DNA from: an archaeon
GTDB taxonomy: Archaea > Nanobdellota > Nanobdellia > Woesearchaeales > GW2011-AR15
Direction: 5' to 3'
Length of the DNA: 64,000 nucleotides
Assembly: GCA_043801855.1 (NCBI GenBank)
Contig: JAZDLQ010000017.1
Coordinates: forward strand, 15,202 to 79,201
How positions within the stretch are numbered: the first letter of the stretch is position 1; each line of letters starts with the position of its first letter. Under the pieces are notes generated by a model, which worked only from the letters and a program-made list of their open reading frames with translations, had not been told where the DNA came from and searched no databases. Positions 28,393 to 37,256 of the stretch are shown here, one piece after another. A program made the position numbers and the translations under genes.

Positions 28393-29691
28393 CTATTTTT
28401 TAAAAAAATCCTCGCACGCATTATAAATGTTATCGAACAATTGTTTCATATCTTTTTGCGCAACGCTTGAAAACGCAATCCTCAGCATATTTTTTATTGA
28501 TATTACCCCTGTATCATATTTAGAAAGAAGAATGTGCCTTATTTTTTCAGAATCTAATCCTTCTTGTAGTTTTATGCACATAAAATAGCCTGAGTTAAAT
28601 GGAACTGGAGAAAAGTGCTTCTCATATTTTTTGTCGCGTAATGTTTCTTTTATTTTTTCATACCTTCCTTTAAGGATATCGAATTTCTTCTTTTTTTCAG
28701 AAATATATTCAAGTGAATTAATAGATTTTAGCACAAGGCTTTGGGATAAGTGCGGCGCATTTGAAATGCTTCCCCTTACAGCTCCTGCTGTTTTATCTTC
28801 AAGAGCTTTGTAGCTTTCTGCATTTAGCCCTTTTGATGCATAAGTAATAAATCCAACCCTTAGTCCCCATGCATAATCTTCTTTTGTTGCGCCGTCTAAT
28901 TTTACAGCAAGGACATTTTCATGAATATTTGCTAAAAGAGTAAATATTGACTCACTGTAAATTCCATCTTCAAATACAAGGCCAAAATACGCATCGTCGC
29001 AGATTACAATTATTTTATTTCCTTTTACAGCAGCTTTCTTAATTATTTCTGCAATCTCTTTTACCTCTGAATTTGTTGGAGTATATCCTGTAGGGTTATT
29101 CGGAAAATTAAGAAGGACTATTTTTTTCCCGAAATTTTCATTTAATTTATTGTTCAGTGCCTCAGTGTCAAAGTGCTTTTCTACAAACGTATTAAATGTG
29201 TCGAGACTCGCGCCGTACGCATTTTCGAAAATAAGCCTGTAATTTCCCCATAATTTATCTGCAAGAATTATTTTGTCTCCTTGGTTTACAAATAAATAGC
29301 CTATCATGGAAAGCCCATGCGTAAGGGCGCAGGTAACAACAGGCTCTGAGACATTTGCCTTGAGGCTTGGGTTTTTTTTGTATATAAGATTCTTCCAAGC
29401 AGTTCGAAGTTCTGGCTTGCCATAGCTTCCTGCATAGGAAAAAGCATCTTTTGGGTCTATTCCAATATATTTTGATATTGTTGAAAGCCGCATAGGTGTT
29501 CCATCATCTTCAATTGCAGCTCCTATTGTTGCATTAATTTTCTTTCCTTTGGCCTGTGCGCTTTGTGCTAATATTCCTTCCTTTGGAAAATATATTGCTT
29601 TTCCTTTTTCAGATAATAAGTCGTATATTATAGGGTTTGCCTTCTCTATAATGCTGTTAAGCTCTTCTGCCTGCATATTTATTGCTGCCAT
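28393..29691 (-). CDS. Class I/II PLP-dependent aminotransferase
   Basis: NFPNNPTGY, CDDAYFG, GATKEDYAWGLRVGF; start at 29691 or 29709. Confidence 0.9.
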   Translation of the reverse strand: MAAINMQAEELNSIIEKANPIIYDLLSEKGKAIYFPKEGILAQSAQAKGKKINATIGAAIEDDGTPMRLSTISKYIGIDPKDAFSYAGSYGKPELRTAWKNLIYKKNPSLKANVSEPVVTCALTHGLSMIGYLFVNQGDKIILADKLWGNYRLIFENAYGASLDTFNTFVEKHFDTEALNNKLNENFGKKIVLLNFPNNPTGYTPTNSEVKEIAEIIKKAAVKGNKIIVICDDAYFGLVFEDGIYSESIFTLLANIHENVLAVKLDGATKEDYAWGLRVGFITYASKGLNAESYKALEDKTAGAVRGSISNAPHLSQSLVLKSINSLEYISEKKKKFDILKGRYEKIKETLRDKKYEKHFSPVPFNSGYFMCIKLQEGLDSEKIRHILLSKYDTGVISIKNMLRIAFSSVAQKDMKQLFDNIYNACEDFFKK

Positions 29692-29776
29692 AACAAAGGA
29701 GAATGGCAATGCTCTTTTAAATCTATTTGCAAAGCTATTATATTATATATTTTCGAAAAATTTATATATTGTAAAA

Positions 29777-29834
29777 TTTCAATAAATATCAATAAATTAT
29801 TTTTATTATAATAATATTGATAAAAATTGATAAT
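29777..29834. promoter_or_regulatory. Two direct and two inverted (T)ATCAAT-type boxes with 10-bp period, putative RHH operator
   Basis: TTTCAATAAA-TATCAATAAA ... TATTGATAAA-AATTGATAAT upstream of an RHH-like gene. Confidence 0.45.
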
Positions 29835-29851
29835 TTTCACAAAGTGATTTT

Positions 29852-30022
29852 ATGAGAAAGCCAAAACCAAAAAAGACAAGATTATGGCTCTATGTAGATG
29901 AGAAAATCCTTTCGTGGGTATATGAAAAAATGGAAAAAAAAGAGTATTCAGATGAGTCGCACTGCTTTGAGCGGCTTGTCATGGAAAAAATGAATTCAGA
30001 AGAAGTAAATGGAGCTAAGTAA
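29852..30022 (+). CDS. RHH-like small regulator, 56 aa (not in ORF track)
   Basis: MRKPKPKKTRLWLYVDEKILSWVYEKMEKKEYSDESHCFERLV. Confidence 0.65.
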   Translation: MRKPKPKKTRLWLYVDEKILSWVYEKMEKKEYSDESHCFERLVMEKMNSEEVNGAK

Positions 30023-30045
30023 TTTAAAAAAATAAGGTGAAATAA

Positions 30046-30915
30046 ATGGAAAATCAAAAATCAGAGATTCTAAAAAATAATTCTATTACAGACACAGCGC
30101 TCGATTACGATGCAGCAACGCATATAGGCTCGTCGCAGGGAGAAGGCTTACCGCAAAATAAAGTCTACACAATGAAATACCTAAAAACAGGAGTTCCTGG
30201 TTTTGATGAGCTTATTGATGTTGGTATTCCTCGTGGCTCGCAAGTTCTTATATCAGGCGGGCCTGGGACGTCAAAAACTACTTTTTGCCTGCAGCTTCTT
30301 GTACATGGGGCAAAAAACAATGAAAAATGTCTTTTTTTGTCTTTTGAAGAAGATACAGAAAAGCTAATTTATTATATGAGAAAATACGGCTGGGATCCTG
30401 ATGAGCTTATAAAAAATGGTAATCTATTAATAAAAAAGCTTGACCCATTTAAAATTTCAAGAAGCGTTGAGACTCTTTTGGCACAAGCAAGAGGAGAGCT
30501 TTTAATTGAGACAAACCAAGTTAAGGATTTAATACCAGATGATTTTATTCCGGACAGAATTGTTCTTGATTCACTATCTGCTGTTGCGGCAGGATTTTTT
30601 GGAAAAGACGAAGGCTATAGGGCTTACATCAGCCAGATATTTGATACCTTTAGAAAAATTGGGGCAACTTCATTTTTAATTTCAGAAATAGAGCACTCGA
30701 CAACTAAATACAGCCAGTCTGGAGTTGAGGAATTTTTAGCTGATGCGGTTTTTGTCTTTTATAATCTGAGGCAAGGAACACAGAGGATTAACGCAACTGA
30801 AATTGTGAAAATAAGAGGGACATCACATAAAAAAAGAATAGTTCCGTTTAAGATTAATTCAGGAAAAGGCGTTGTTGTATATCCTATGGAAGAATTATTT
30901 TTTGATGATAAATAA
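30046..30915 (+). CDS. Single-domain KaiC/RAD55-like ATPase
   Basis: KTGVPGFDELI..GIP, Walker A GGPGTSKTT, SFEE, IVLDS, VKIRGTSH. Confidence 0.9.
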   Translation: MENQKSEILKNNSITDTALDYDAATHIGSSQGEGLPQNKVYTMKYLKTGVPGFDELIDVGIPRGSQVLISGGPGTSKTTFCLQLLVHGAKNNEKCLFLSFEEDTEKLIYYMRKYGWDPDELIKNGNLLIKKLDPFKISRSVETLLAQARGELLIETNQVKDLIPDDFIPDRIVLDSLSAVAAGFFGKDEGYRAYISQIFDTFRKIGATSFLISEIEHSTTKYSQSGVEEFLADAVFVFYNLRQGTQRINATEIVKIRGTSHKKRIVPFKINSGKGVVVYPMEELFFDDK

Positions 30916-30968
30916 TAATTAGCTTGAATATTCGAACTATATTTATGAACCAAAAAAAGAGGTGAAAA

Positions 30969-33900
30969 TTGGCAGAAAAAAAGTTAGCTAAAAAATCAAT
31001 ATTATTTATGCTAGCTTTTGCTCTGCTTATCTTTTTAATTATTTTTTCACTGCCGCAGATTTTTGCGCCAGCAGGAAGAATCTGCAATTCAACATCACCC
31101 TGCGCATGCGGCAGCGCCTGCAACTCTGGCAATGAAGTTTCAAATGGATATAATACTATAGACAGCTGTCGGGATGGCCCAAATTATAATTACGAATGGA
31201 TCCACGATATTAATATAACAAACCAGAACGACTCTGTTTTTAACGGGCACGATACTGTTCAAGCAGATGCTTTCTTAAACTGCGATCTTGACGGCGATTC
31301 TGTTTCTTTTGCTTATAATAACGGCAGCGGCTGGAAAAATGTGGGTGATGCAACATGCTCTGTTGACGGATATTCACATAGATACCAAAATATAACTTTA
31401 GATAATGTAAGAGGATATCACACAATAAGGGTAATAATTTCGCCTACTGCGTATGGCGGAAGAACTGGGATGACGTGCGGATACACTTATGATACAGGAT
31501 ATTCTGATTCAGATGATGTTAGCCTTTACGTTCTTTTATCAGGTCAGGTAGTGGATTTAGTGATGCCATCAGTAAGAAACTTAAATCCATCAGGCACTGA
31601 ATTCAATTACCAAAACAATCTTGTAATTAATATTTCAGCAAACGTCTCTGATAATATTAACGTAAGCACAGTTTTCGCAAATGTTTCCTGGTCAACAAAA
31701 AATGAGTTAATAAGCCTTGCGCATGTTGGAAATGGGATTTATCTTGGCAATTTTACAAACACAAGTTTTCTTGGCATCTACAATTATACTCTAATTGCAA
31801 ATGATACTTTAAACAACATAAACCAGACAGTAAAAAATTATTTCATAATCAATATGACTTCAAATATTACAGTTTACTCTCCTGTTTCAAACAGCGTTTA
31901 CAAATATCAGGAAACTGATTTCTTTTTTGAGATACCTGCTTTATATGGAGCAGATTTTGTGTGGTATTATTTAGAAGGATATTCTACTGAATTTGCAAAC
32001 GATAATTACAAGCTGTCTTTTGAAGAAAGCGGAAGCGAAGAAGAAGAGATCTCCCAGGCAAGCGTTGATTTAACAAATATCTCGCAGTCGTTTGCTACTG
32101 TTTATGGAATGAATATAAACAAAATCTCACTTAAGATTAAAAAAACAGGAAACCCTGAGAACTCAACTGTTGAAATAAAGGATAATTCAGGCTATCCGCT
32201 AAATAATGCAATTGCAACTGCAAACATAACTTCAGATGATGTTTCTGAAGGATCTTTTGAATGGGTTAACTTGACATTTAACCAGACTGTTTCTTTAAAC
32301 GCAGATACAACTTACTGGATATATTTAATTTCAAATGGAACTGAACAAAATTTTTATGAATTTGAGATAAATTCACAAAGCGCATATGCTGGCGGAAACT
32401 TAAGCAACAATGCAACAAAAGATATGCTCTTTAGGCTATATGACAATAAAAAATACCTGATAAGAGATATTGATTTGGAAAGGCAGGAATATAATGTCCA
32501 ATTTTTTGCAAACCATTCTGTTTTTCCGCAGATTGAATCCGAATACATTACTTTTATTGTAGATTATACTCCTCCTGTGATAAGCGATCTAACTTACACA
32601 CCTTCAGATAGCGATGGGCTTGATCCAGGCACTCCAATAAATGTATCATTGATGGTTTCAGATGAGCTGGCAGGAGCAAATGCTACCCTTCGTTATATGC
32701 ATGAAGATGATGATGACTGGTCAGTTTTTGAGATGGAAAATAAGACTGGTTATTTTGAAGGGAATTTTACGCCTGATAGGGAAGGCCAATGGTATTTTTC
32801 GATTTATGTAATTGACTCTTCATTTAATGATGATTCAATTGAAAACAATGAGCTTGACGTGCGCTATGAATACAACTGGTCAATAACACCAAATGTATTT
32901 AATTCAACAGGCGGAATGCTTGGCACAAATATAACAATTGGGACTCTATTGATAAATAATAGCGCGGACTTTACATATGAATTCAATGTATCGCCTCTCC
33001 AGGCATCTCCTATAATTTATATCAATGAATCAGTCCAGAGATTAATTACACTAGATCCAGGAGAAACAATTTCATATCAGATAATAGGAACTACAAAAAA
33101 TTCGCTTTCAACAGATTATATAAATATATTAGTTGATGCGCAAAACGACACAGCATCACCGCAATCTTATTACAGTAATATTACATTGATATCTGTTTTA
33201 AGCGGCCCATTTTTGCATGTTGATATTGTAGACTATTCATCAACTGTTGTCCAGGGAAGCCATGTAAATACAATCAAGGCAAGAATAACAAATGTTGGAA
33301 ACGAGACAGCTTTTAATGTCAGTGCAAACTGGACTCTTCCAGAAGGATGGACAAGCAGGGAAGCAACAAACCTTACTTATGATAATATATCTTCTGGCGG
33401 TTATGACTCAAAAGAATATACAATTAGCGCTGATGTTTCATCGAGTGCGCCATTAGGTGCAGCCCTGATTGAAATTATTGTAAACTGCAGTGAAGGAAGC
33501 AGTGATTCTGACACAAGAACTGTTACTGTTACATCAGCTAGCCAGGATGATAATAACCAAAATAATAACAATAATAATGATAACAATGGAGGCGGTGGCG
33601 GTGGCTCAACAGGCGGCGGCTCAACAGGCGGTGGCTCAACTGTTTATGTGCGTGACCCAAAGCTTGAAATAAATATATCTGATTTTGAAATTATCCGCGG
33701 CCAAAAAAAAGAATTTGCTTTTAGCATCATGAATAATGTATCTGATATAATATTTGGTTCTATAAATTTTAGCATTGAAGGCCTTTATAAAAATTATTAT
33801 AATATCACACCAAATGAAATATTGAACTTTAGCTATGAGGAAAAAGAAGAGATAAAAATCATCATAATTGCGCCAATCTATATGCAGGCAGGCAAGCATG

Positions 33901-35450
33901 ATTTTGTCTTAAAAGCAATAACAGACCAAGGTGTTTTTTCAGATGAATTCAGTTTGATTGTTTTTGATTCTGCTATTAGTAATATCTCATGTCTTGATGA
34001 ATCTTTAAGATTAGTAGATGAACTTGAAATTGCTGGTTTTAATGTAAACAAGCTTAAGGAAGATTATGAAAAAGCAAGTTATCTTAATAACTTAAAAAAT
34101 TACAAAGAGCTATTATCTGCTTGCGATATGATAAAACTTTCTGCTGCTAATGCAATAAAAACAAAAGAAGGCTTACAAAAAATAGAAGATGAAATAATCA
34201 GTCTTAAAGCGCAAGGTTACAACATAAATGCTGCGAATTCTTCGTTAAGTGAATCTTTGCTTCTTCTTAACAGCGGCGAATTTGACAAGGCATATGTGGC
34301 GCTGAAAGATTCAATATTTCTTTTAGACATAACAAAAAAAACAGGAAAGCCGCTGCCAATTGCAGTAGGAGATTTTATAAAAAAAAATCTGGTTGCAATT
34401 TTACTTGGCTTAATTGCTATAGCTATATTCATAACGCTTAGCGTAAAGCATATTGCGCTTGTTACAATGAAAAGAAAGCTTAGATTATTAAAAAGTGAAG
34501 AAAAAGAGATAATGAAGCTTTTTTGCAATATTCAAAAAGAACATTTTGAAGATAAGATTATGGGAACCAGACTTTATTTAAAATACATGGATGAATACAG
34601 GGCCAGGCTTGCAAAAATAAAAGAAGAAACTATAAGGCTTGAGTTAAATATATTGAACAATGGCTCATCACGACATGGCTTAAATGAGCATAGAAAAAGA
34701 ATTGAGCGGCTTGTTATTGATATCCAGGATTCCTACTATAATAAAAAGGTGCTTGATAAATCATCATATGAAAAAATGCTATATATCTATCAGCAGCAGC
34801 TTGCGTCGCTTGATGAAAAAATATTGCTTACCAAAAAAAACAAGAGCCACAAAAATGAAGAGAAAAAAGAGCAATTAACAGAAGCTACATTTTTGAATAG
34901 TAGATATGATAAAAATCTAGATTTGCATAGTACTCAAGAAGAAAATAAGCAACAAGAAGCTGAAAAAAGTGAGTATGAAGTTGATTATGATGAAGAGCAT
35001 ATTGTATCCGAATCTTCTGGCAAACAAGGTACAAATGATGATTTGTTAGTTCAAGAAGAGAACTTAACTTCGGAAGATAATTTGCTTGCAAGTAAAAAAC
35101 ACACAGCAGTGCTAAACTATCTCTTACATAGAGATGATTCAGATAGCACTCTTAATGAAGAAAATAATTATAGGCAAAAAGAGCCGGAAAAAAATATCTC
35201 TGCTGAAAAATATTTTATTCTTTCAGACGGAAGAAAAATTGATTCAATAGATAATTTGCATACTATTCTTCTGGAAATTACAGATGAAACATTTGCTTAT
35301 CATGTTTCACAAAGCCGAAATGATTTTTCAGATTGGATTACAAATGTATTTAATAATAAAGAACTTGGAGAAAAAATACAGGCTGCAAAAACAAGGAAGG
35401 AAATAATAACAGTGCTTGATAATTTTTTAAGTGAAAATGAAAAAGACTAA
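30969..35450 (+). CDS. Large surface protein (Ig/CARDB-like ectodomain, N/G-rich linker, TM, cytoplasmic coiled coils, C-terminal DUF5752-like domain)
   Basis: Signal peptide, Cys-rich N-terminus, ITNVGNETAFNV, NNNN-GGGGS linker, TM, YFILSDGRKI...FAYHV...NDFSDWI. Confidence 0.8.
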   Translation: MAEKKLAKKSILFMLAFALLIFLIIFSLPQIFAPAGRICNSTSPCACGSACNSGNEVSNGYNTIDSCRDGPNYNYEWIHDINITNQNDSVFNGHDTVQADAFLNCDLDGDSVSFAYNNGSGWKNVGDATCSVDGYSHRYQNITLDNVRGYHTIRVIISPTAYGGRTGMTCGYTYDTGYSDSDDVSLYVLLSGQVVDLVMPSVRNLNPSGTEFNYQNNLVINISANVSDNINVSTVFANVSWSTKNELISLAHVGNGIYLGNFTNTSFLGIYNYTLIANDTLNNINQTVKNYFIINMTSNITVYSPVSNSVYKYQETDFFFEIPALYGADFVWYYLEGYSTEFANDNYKLSFEESGSEEEEISQASVDLTNISQSFATVYGMNINKISLKIKKTGNPENSTVEIKDNSGYPLNNAIATANITSDDVSEGSFEWVNLTFNQTVSLNADTTYWIYLISNGTEQNFYEFEINSQSAYAGGNLSNNATKDMLFRLYDNKKYLIRDIDLERQEYNVQFFANHSVFPQIESEYITFIVDYTPPVISDLTYTPSDSDGLDPGTPINVSLMVSDELAGANATLRYMHEDDDDWSVFEMENKTGYFEGNFTPDREGQWYFSIYVIDSSFNDDSIENNELDVRYEYNWSITPNVFNSTGGMLGTNITIGTLLINNSADFTYEFNVSPLQASPIIYINESVQRLITLDPGETISYQIIGTTKNSLSTDYINILVDAQNDTASPQSYYSNITLISVLSGPFLHVDIVDYSSTVVQGSHVNTIKARITNVGNETAFNVSANWTLPEGWTSREATNLTYDNISSGGYDSKEYTISADVSSSAPLGAALIEIIVNCSEGSSDSDTRTVTVTSASQDDNNQNNNNNNDNNGGGGGGSTGGGSTGGGSTVYVRDPKLEINISDFEIIRGQKKEFAFSIMNNVSDIIFGSINFSIEGLYKNYYNITPNEILNFSYEEKEEIKIIIIAPIYMQAGKHDFVLKAITDQGVFSDEFSLIVFDSAISNISCLDESLRLVDELEIAGFNVNKLKEDYEKASYLNNLKNYKELLSACDMIKLSAANAIKTKEGLQKIEDEIISLKAQGYNINAANSSLSESLLLLNSGEFDKAYVALKDSIFLLDITKKTGKPLPIAVGDFIKKNLVAILLGLIAIAIFITLSVKHIALVTMKRKLRLLKSEEKEIMKLFCNIQKEHFEDKIMGTRLYLKYMDEYRARLAKIKEETIRLELNILNNGSSRHGLNEHRKRIERLVIDIQDSYYNKKVLDKSSYEKMLYIYQQQLASLDEKILLTKKNKSHKNEEKKEQLTEATFLNSRYDKNLDLHSTQEENKQQEAEKSEYEVDYDEEHIVSESSGKQGTNDDLLVQEENLTSEDNLLASKKHTAVLNYLLHRDDSDSTLNEENNYRQKEPEKNISAEKYFILSDGRKIDSIDNLHTILLEITDETFAYHVSQSRNDFSDWITNVFNNKELGEKIQAAKTRKEIITVLDNFLSENEKD

Positions 35451-36804
35451 AGGATTTGCAAAAATGAATATTCATTCTTTAATTTTATGTGTTTTATTAG
35501 TTTTACTGTTAGCTGTGCAGCCAGCATTTGGAGAAAATGTAAATATTACTTATTCAAAAATTGTTGGATTTGCAGAAGATTTAAACATGCGCAATATGGA
35601 TGCAGAGCGTATTTTAGAATTGCATATTGAGGCAAAAGAGGCGCTGCAGAAAAACGATTATATCCTGTATGAAAAAAAAGTTAATCAGGCATACGATGCA
35701 TATCTTTTTGCTATAAGCCTTTATGAATCACAGCAGGTACTTGATAAAAATATTGTATCGCTTGGATCTCTTAATTATTCTCAAAAAGAGATAAAGAAAA
35801 AAGCATATGAAATATCATATGAACTATCTGTTGGAAATTATGAGCAGGCAAAAATATACTTAGATTATGCAAACTCAGAAATTAACAATATCTCAAAAGA
35901 TGTGAAAAAAACCATTAATACAAGGCTTTCTGCACTAAATGCTACTCTATTGCAAAATGGCATTAAACTAAGGCTGATAGAATCTTATTATAACAGTGTA
36001 AATTCAGCACAAGAAGCAAGTGATATTTCAAAGCTTGCCGAGATATTGCAGAATACTATTGAGCTTGAAAAATCTATTGGATATCTTGTTTTACTAAAGC
36101 AGTTTGAAATCAATGCCAAAGAAAATAATGTACCTACTATTATCTTCAAAGACATCAGCGATGAAGCAAATAACCTGATTGAAAAATCAAGATTTGAATC
36201 TGTAAAAGAATTGTATTTGTTGGGAAGAGAAAAATACAACAAGGCAATAGGTGCATATGCAGCAATTAGTGATGCACAAACAAAAATCGCAAAGCTTAAT
36301 AGCACAGTTACAGATGCCGCAGAAAGCGAAATAGCTGCTGCATCTTTTGCGTTAGAAAAAGCAAAGAAGCAATTCAATGAAAGCGATTTTGAAAGTTCTT
36401 TATTGAACGCAAAAGATGCTATTGCCAAAGCAGAAGGAATTGAAAACAAAAATAAGGTTCTGAGTGCAATTACACTCTCAAGATTAAATGTAGATTTTAT
36501 TGGGTTTATAAAAAAGAACTGGATATATTTATTTGCATTATTTGTTGCTATTATAATATTTTGGGTATATATATACAAAAAAATACAAATACTTGTGTAT
36601 CAATATAAATTAAAAAAAGCAATAGAGCAAAAAAATAATCTCATTAGTTGCATCAAAAAACTTCAAGACGATTATTATAATAAAAAGTCAATGCCAAGGC
36701 CAATATATGATGCAAGGCTTGATGCATATCAGGAAGGACTGATACGCCTGACACGCGAAATTCCATTGCTTAAAAATGCTATTGCAAAGGAGAAAAAGAG
36801 GTGA
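35431..36804 (+). CDS. Secreted helical membrane-anchored protein
   Basis: Signal peptide, helical repeats, C-terminal TM followed by LQDDYYNKKSM...Y. Confidence 0.7.
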   Translation: MKMKKTKGFAKMNIHSLILCVLLVLLLAVQPAFGENVNITYSKIVGFAEDLNMRNMDAERILELHIEAKEALQKNDYILYEKKVNQAYDAYLFAISLYESQQVLDKNIVSLGSLNYSQKEIKKKAYEISYELSVGNYEQAKIYLDYANSEINNISKDVKKTINTRLSALNATLLQNGIKLRLIESYYNSVNSAQEASDISKLAEILQNTIELEKSIGYLVLLKQFEINAKENNVPTIIFKDISDEANNLIEKSRFESVKELYLLGREKYNKAIGAYAAISDAQTKIAKLNSTVTDAAESEIAAASFALEKAKKQFNESDFESSLLNAKDAIAKAEGIENKNKVLSAITLSRLNVDFIGFIKKNWIYLFALFVAIIIFWVYIYKKIQILVYQYKLKKAIEQKNNLISCIKKLQDDYYNKKSMPRPIYDARLDAYQEGLIRLTREIPLLKNAIAKEKKR

Positions 36805-36808
36805 GATT

Positions 36809-37234
36809 ATGAAAAATAAAAGTGATTTTGTATTTGAAAACTTAGAGGATTTGAAAGCGTATAAAGTTGGAGGAGTAGCAGGTTACTTCTATCTTGAGAT
36901 GTTTAATAATAGCGGCATAAAATATGATTATTCAGATAATGAAGCTGATTCGCTTCAAAAACTTGTAGCAGGGAGAATTGACCTTCTGCCTTTCACAACA
37001 TCAAATGGATGGGATCTAATTCGCAGCAAATATCCAGATGAGGCCAGCAATTTTGGCACATTAGACAAGCCGCTTGACTCAAATAGCATTGGATTGATAA
37101 TTTCGAAAAATTACCAAAGCTCAAATGAGTTGTTAAGCCAGTTTAACTCAGCCGTTAGGAAAATTGTTGAAAATGGAAAATATCAGGCAATACTTACAGC
37201 ACACGGACAGCAAGAAGGAAGTATAATTGAGTGA
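36809..37234 (+). CDS. C-terminal half of a family-3 (amino-acid type) solute-binding domain
   Basis: LEDLKAYKVG..AGY, LQKLVAGRIDL, FNSAVRKIVENGKYQAIL; GAGGTGAG RBS before the ATG at 36809; no signal peptide. Confidence 0.7.
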   Translation: MKNKSDFVFENLEDLKAYKVGGVAGYFYLEMFNNSGIKYDYSDNEADSLQKLVAGRIDLLPFTTSNGWDLIRSKYPDEASNFGTLDKPLDSNSIGLIISKNYQSSNELLSQFNSAVRKIVENGKYQAILTAHGQQEGSIIE

Positions 37235-37256
37235 ATTTGTTAGAAACTAGTTAAAA

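Noticed and set aside
30046..30915. Circadian clock kaiC
   Set aside because: Single domain, no kaiA or kaiB nearby, and the S/T phosphosite region reads EEF, so it is a generic archaeal KaiC-like ATPase
33548..33642. AAT/AAC and GGCGGCTCAACA tandem repeats
   Set aside because: They encode an ordinary N-rich and GGGST linker in a surface protein
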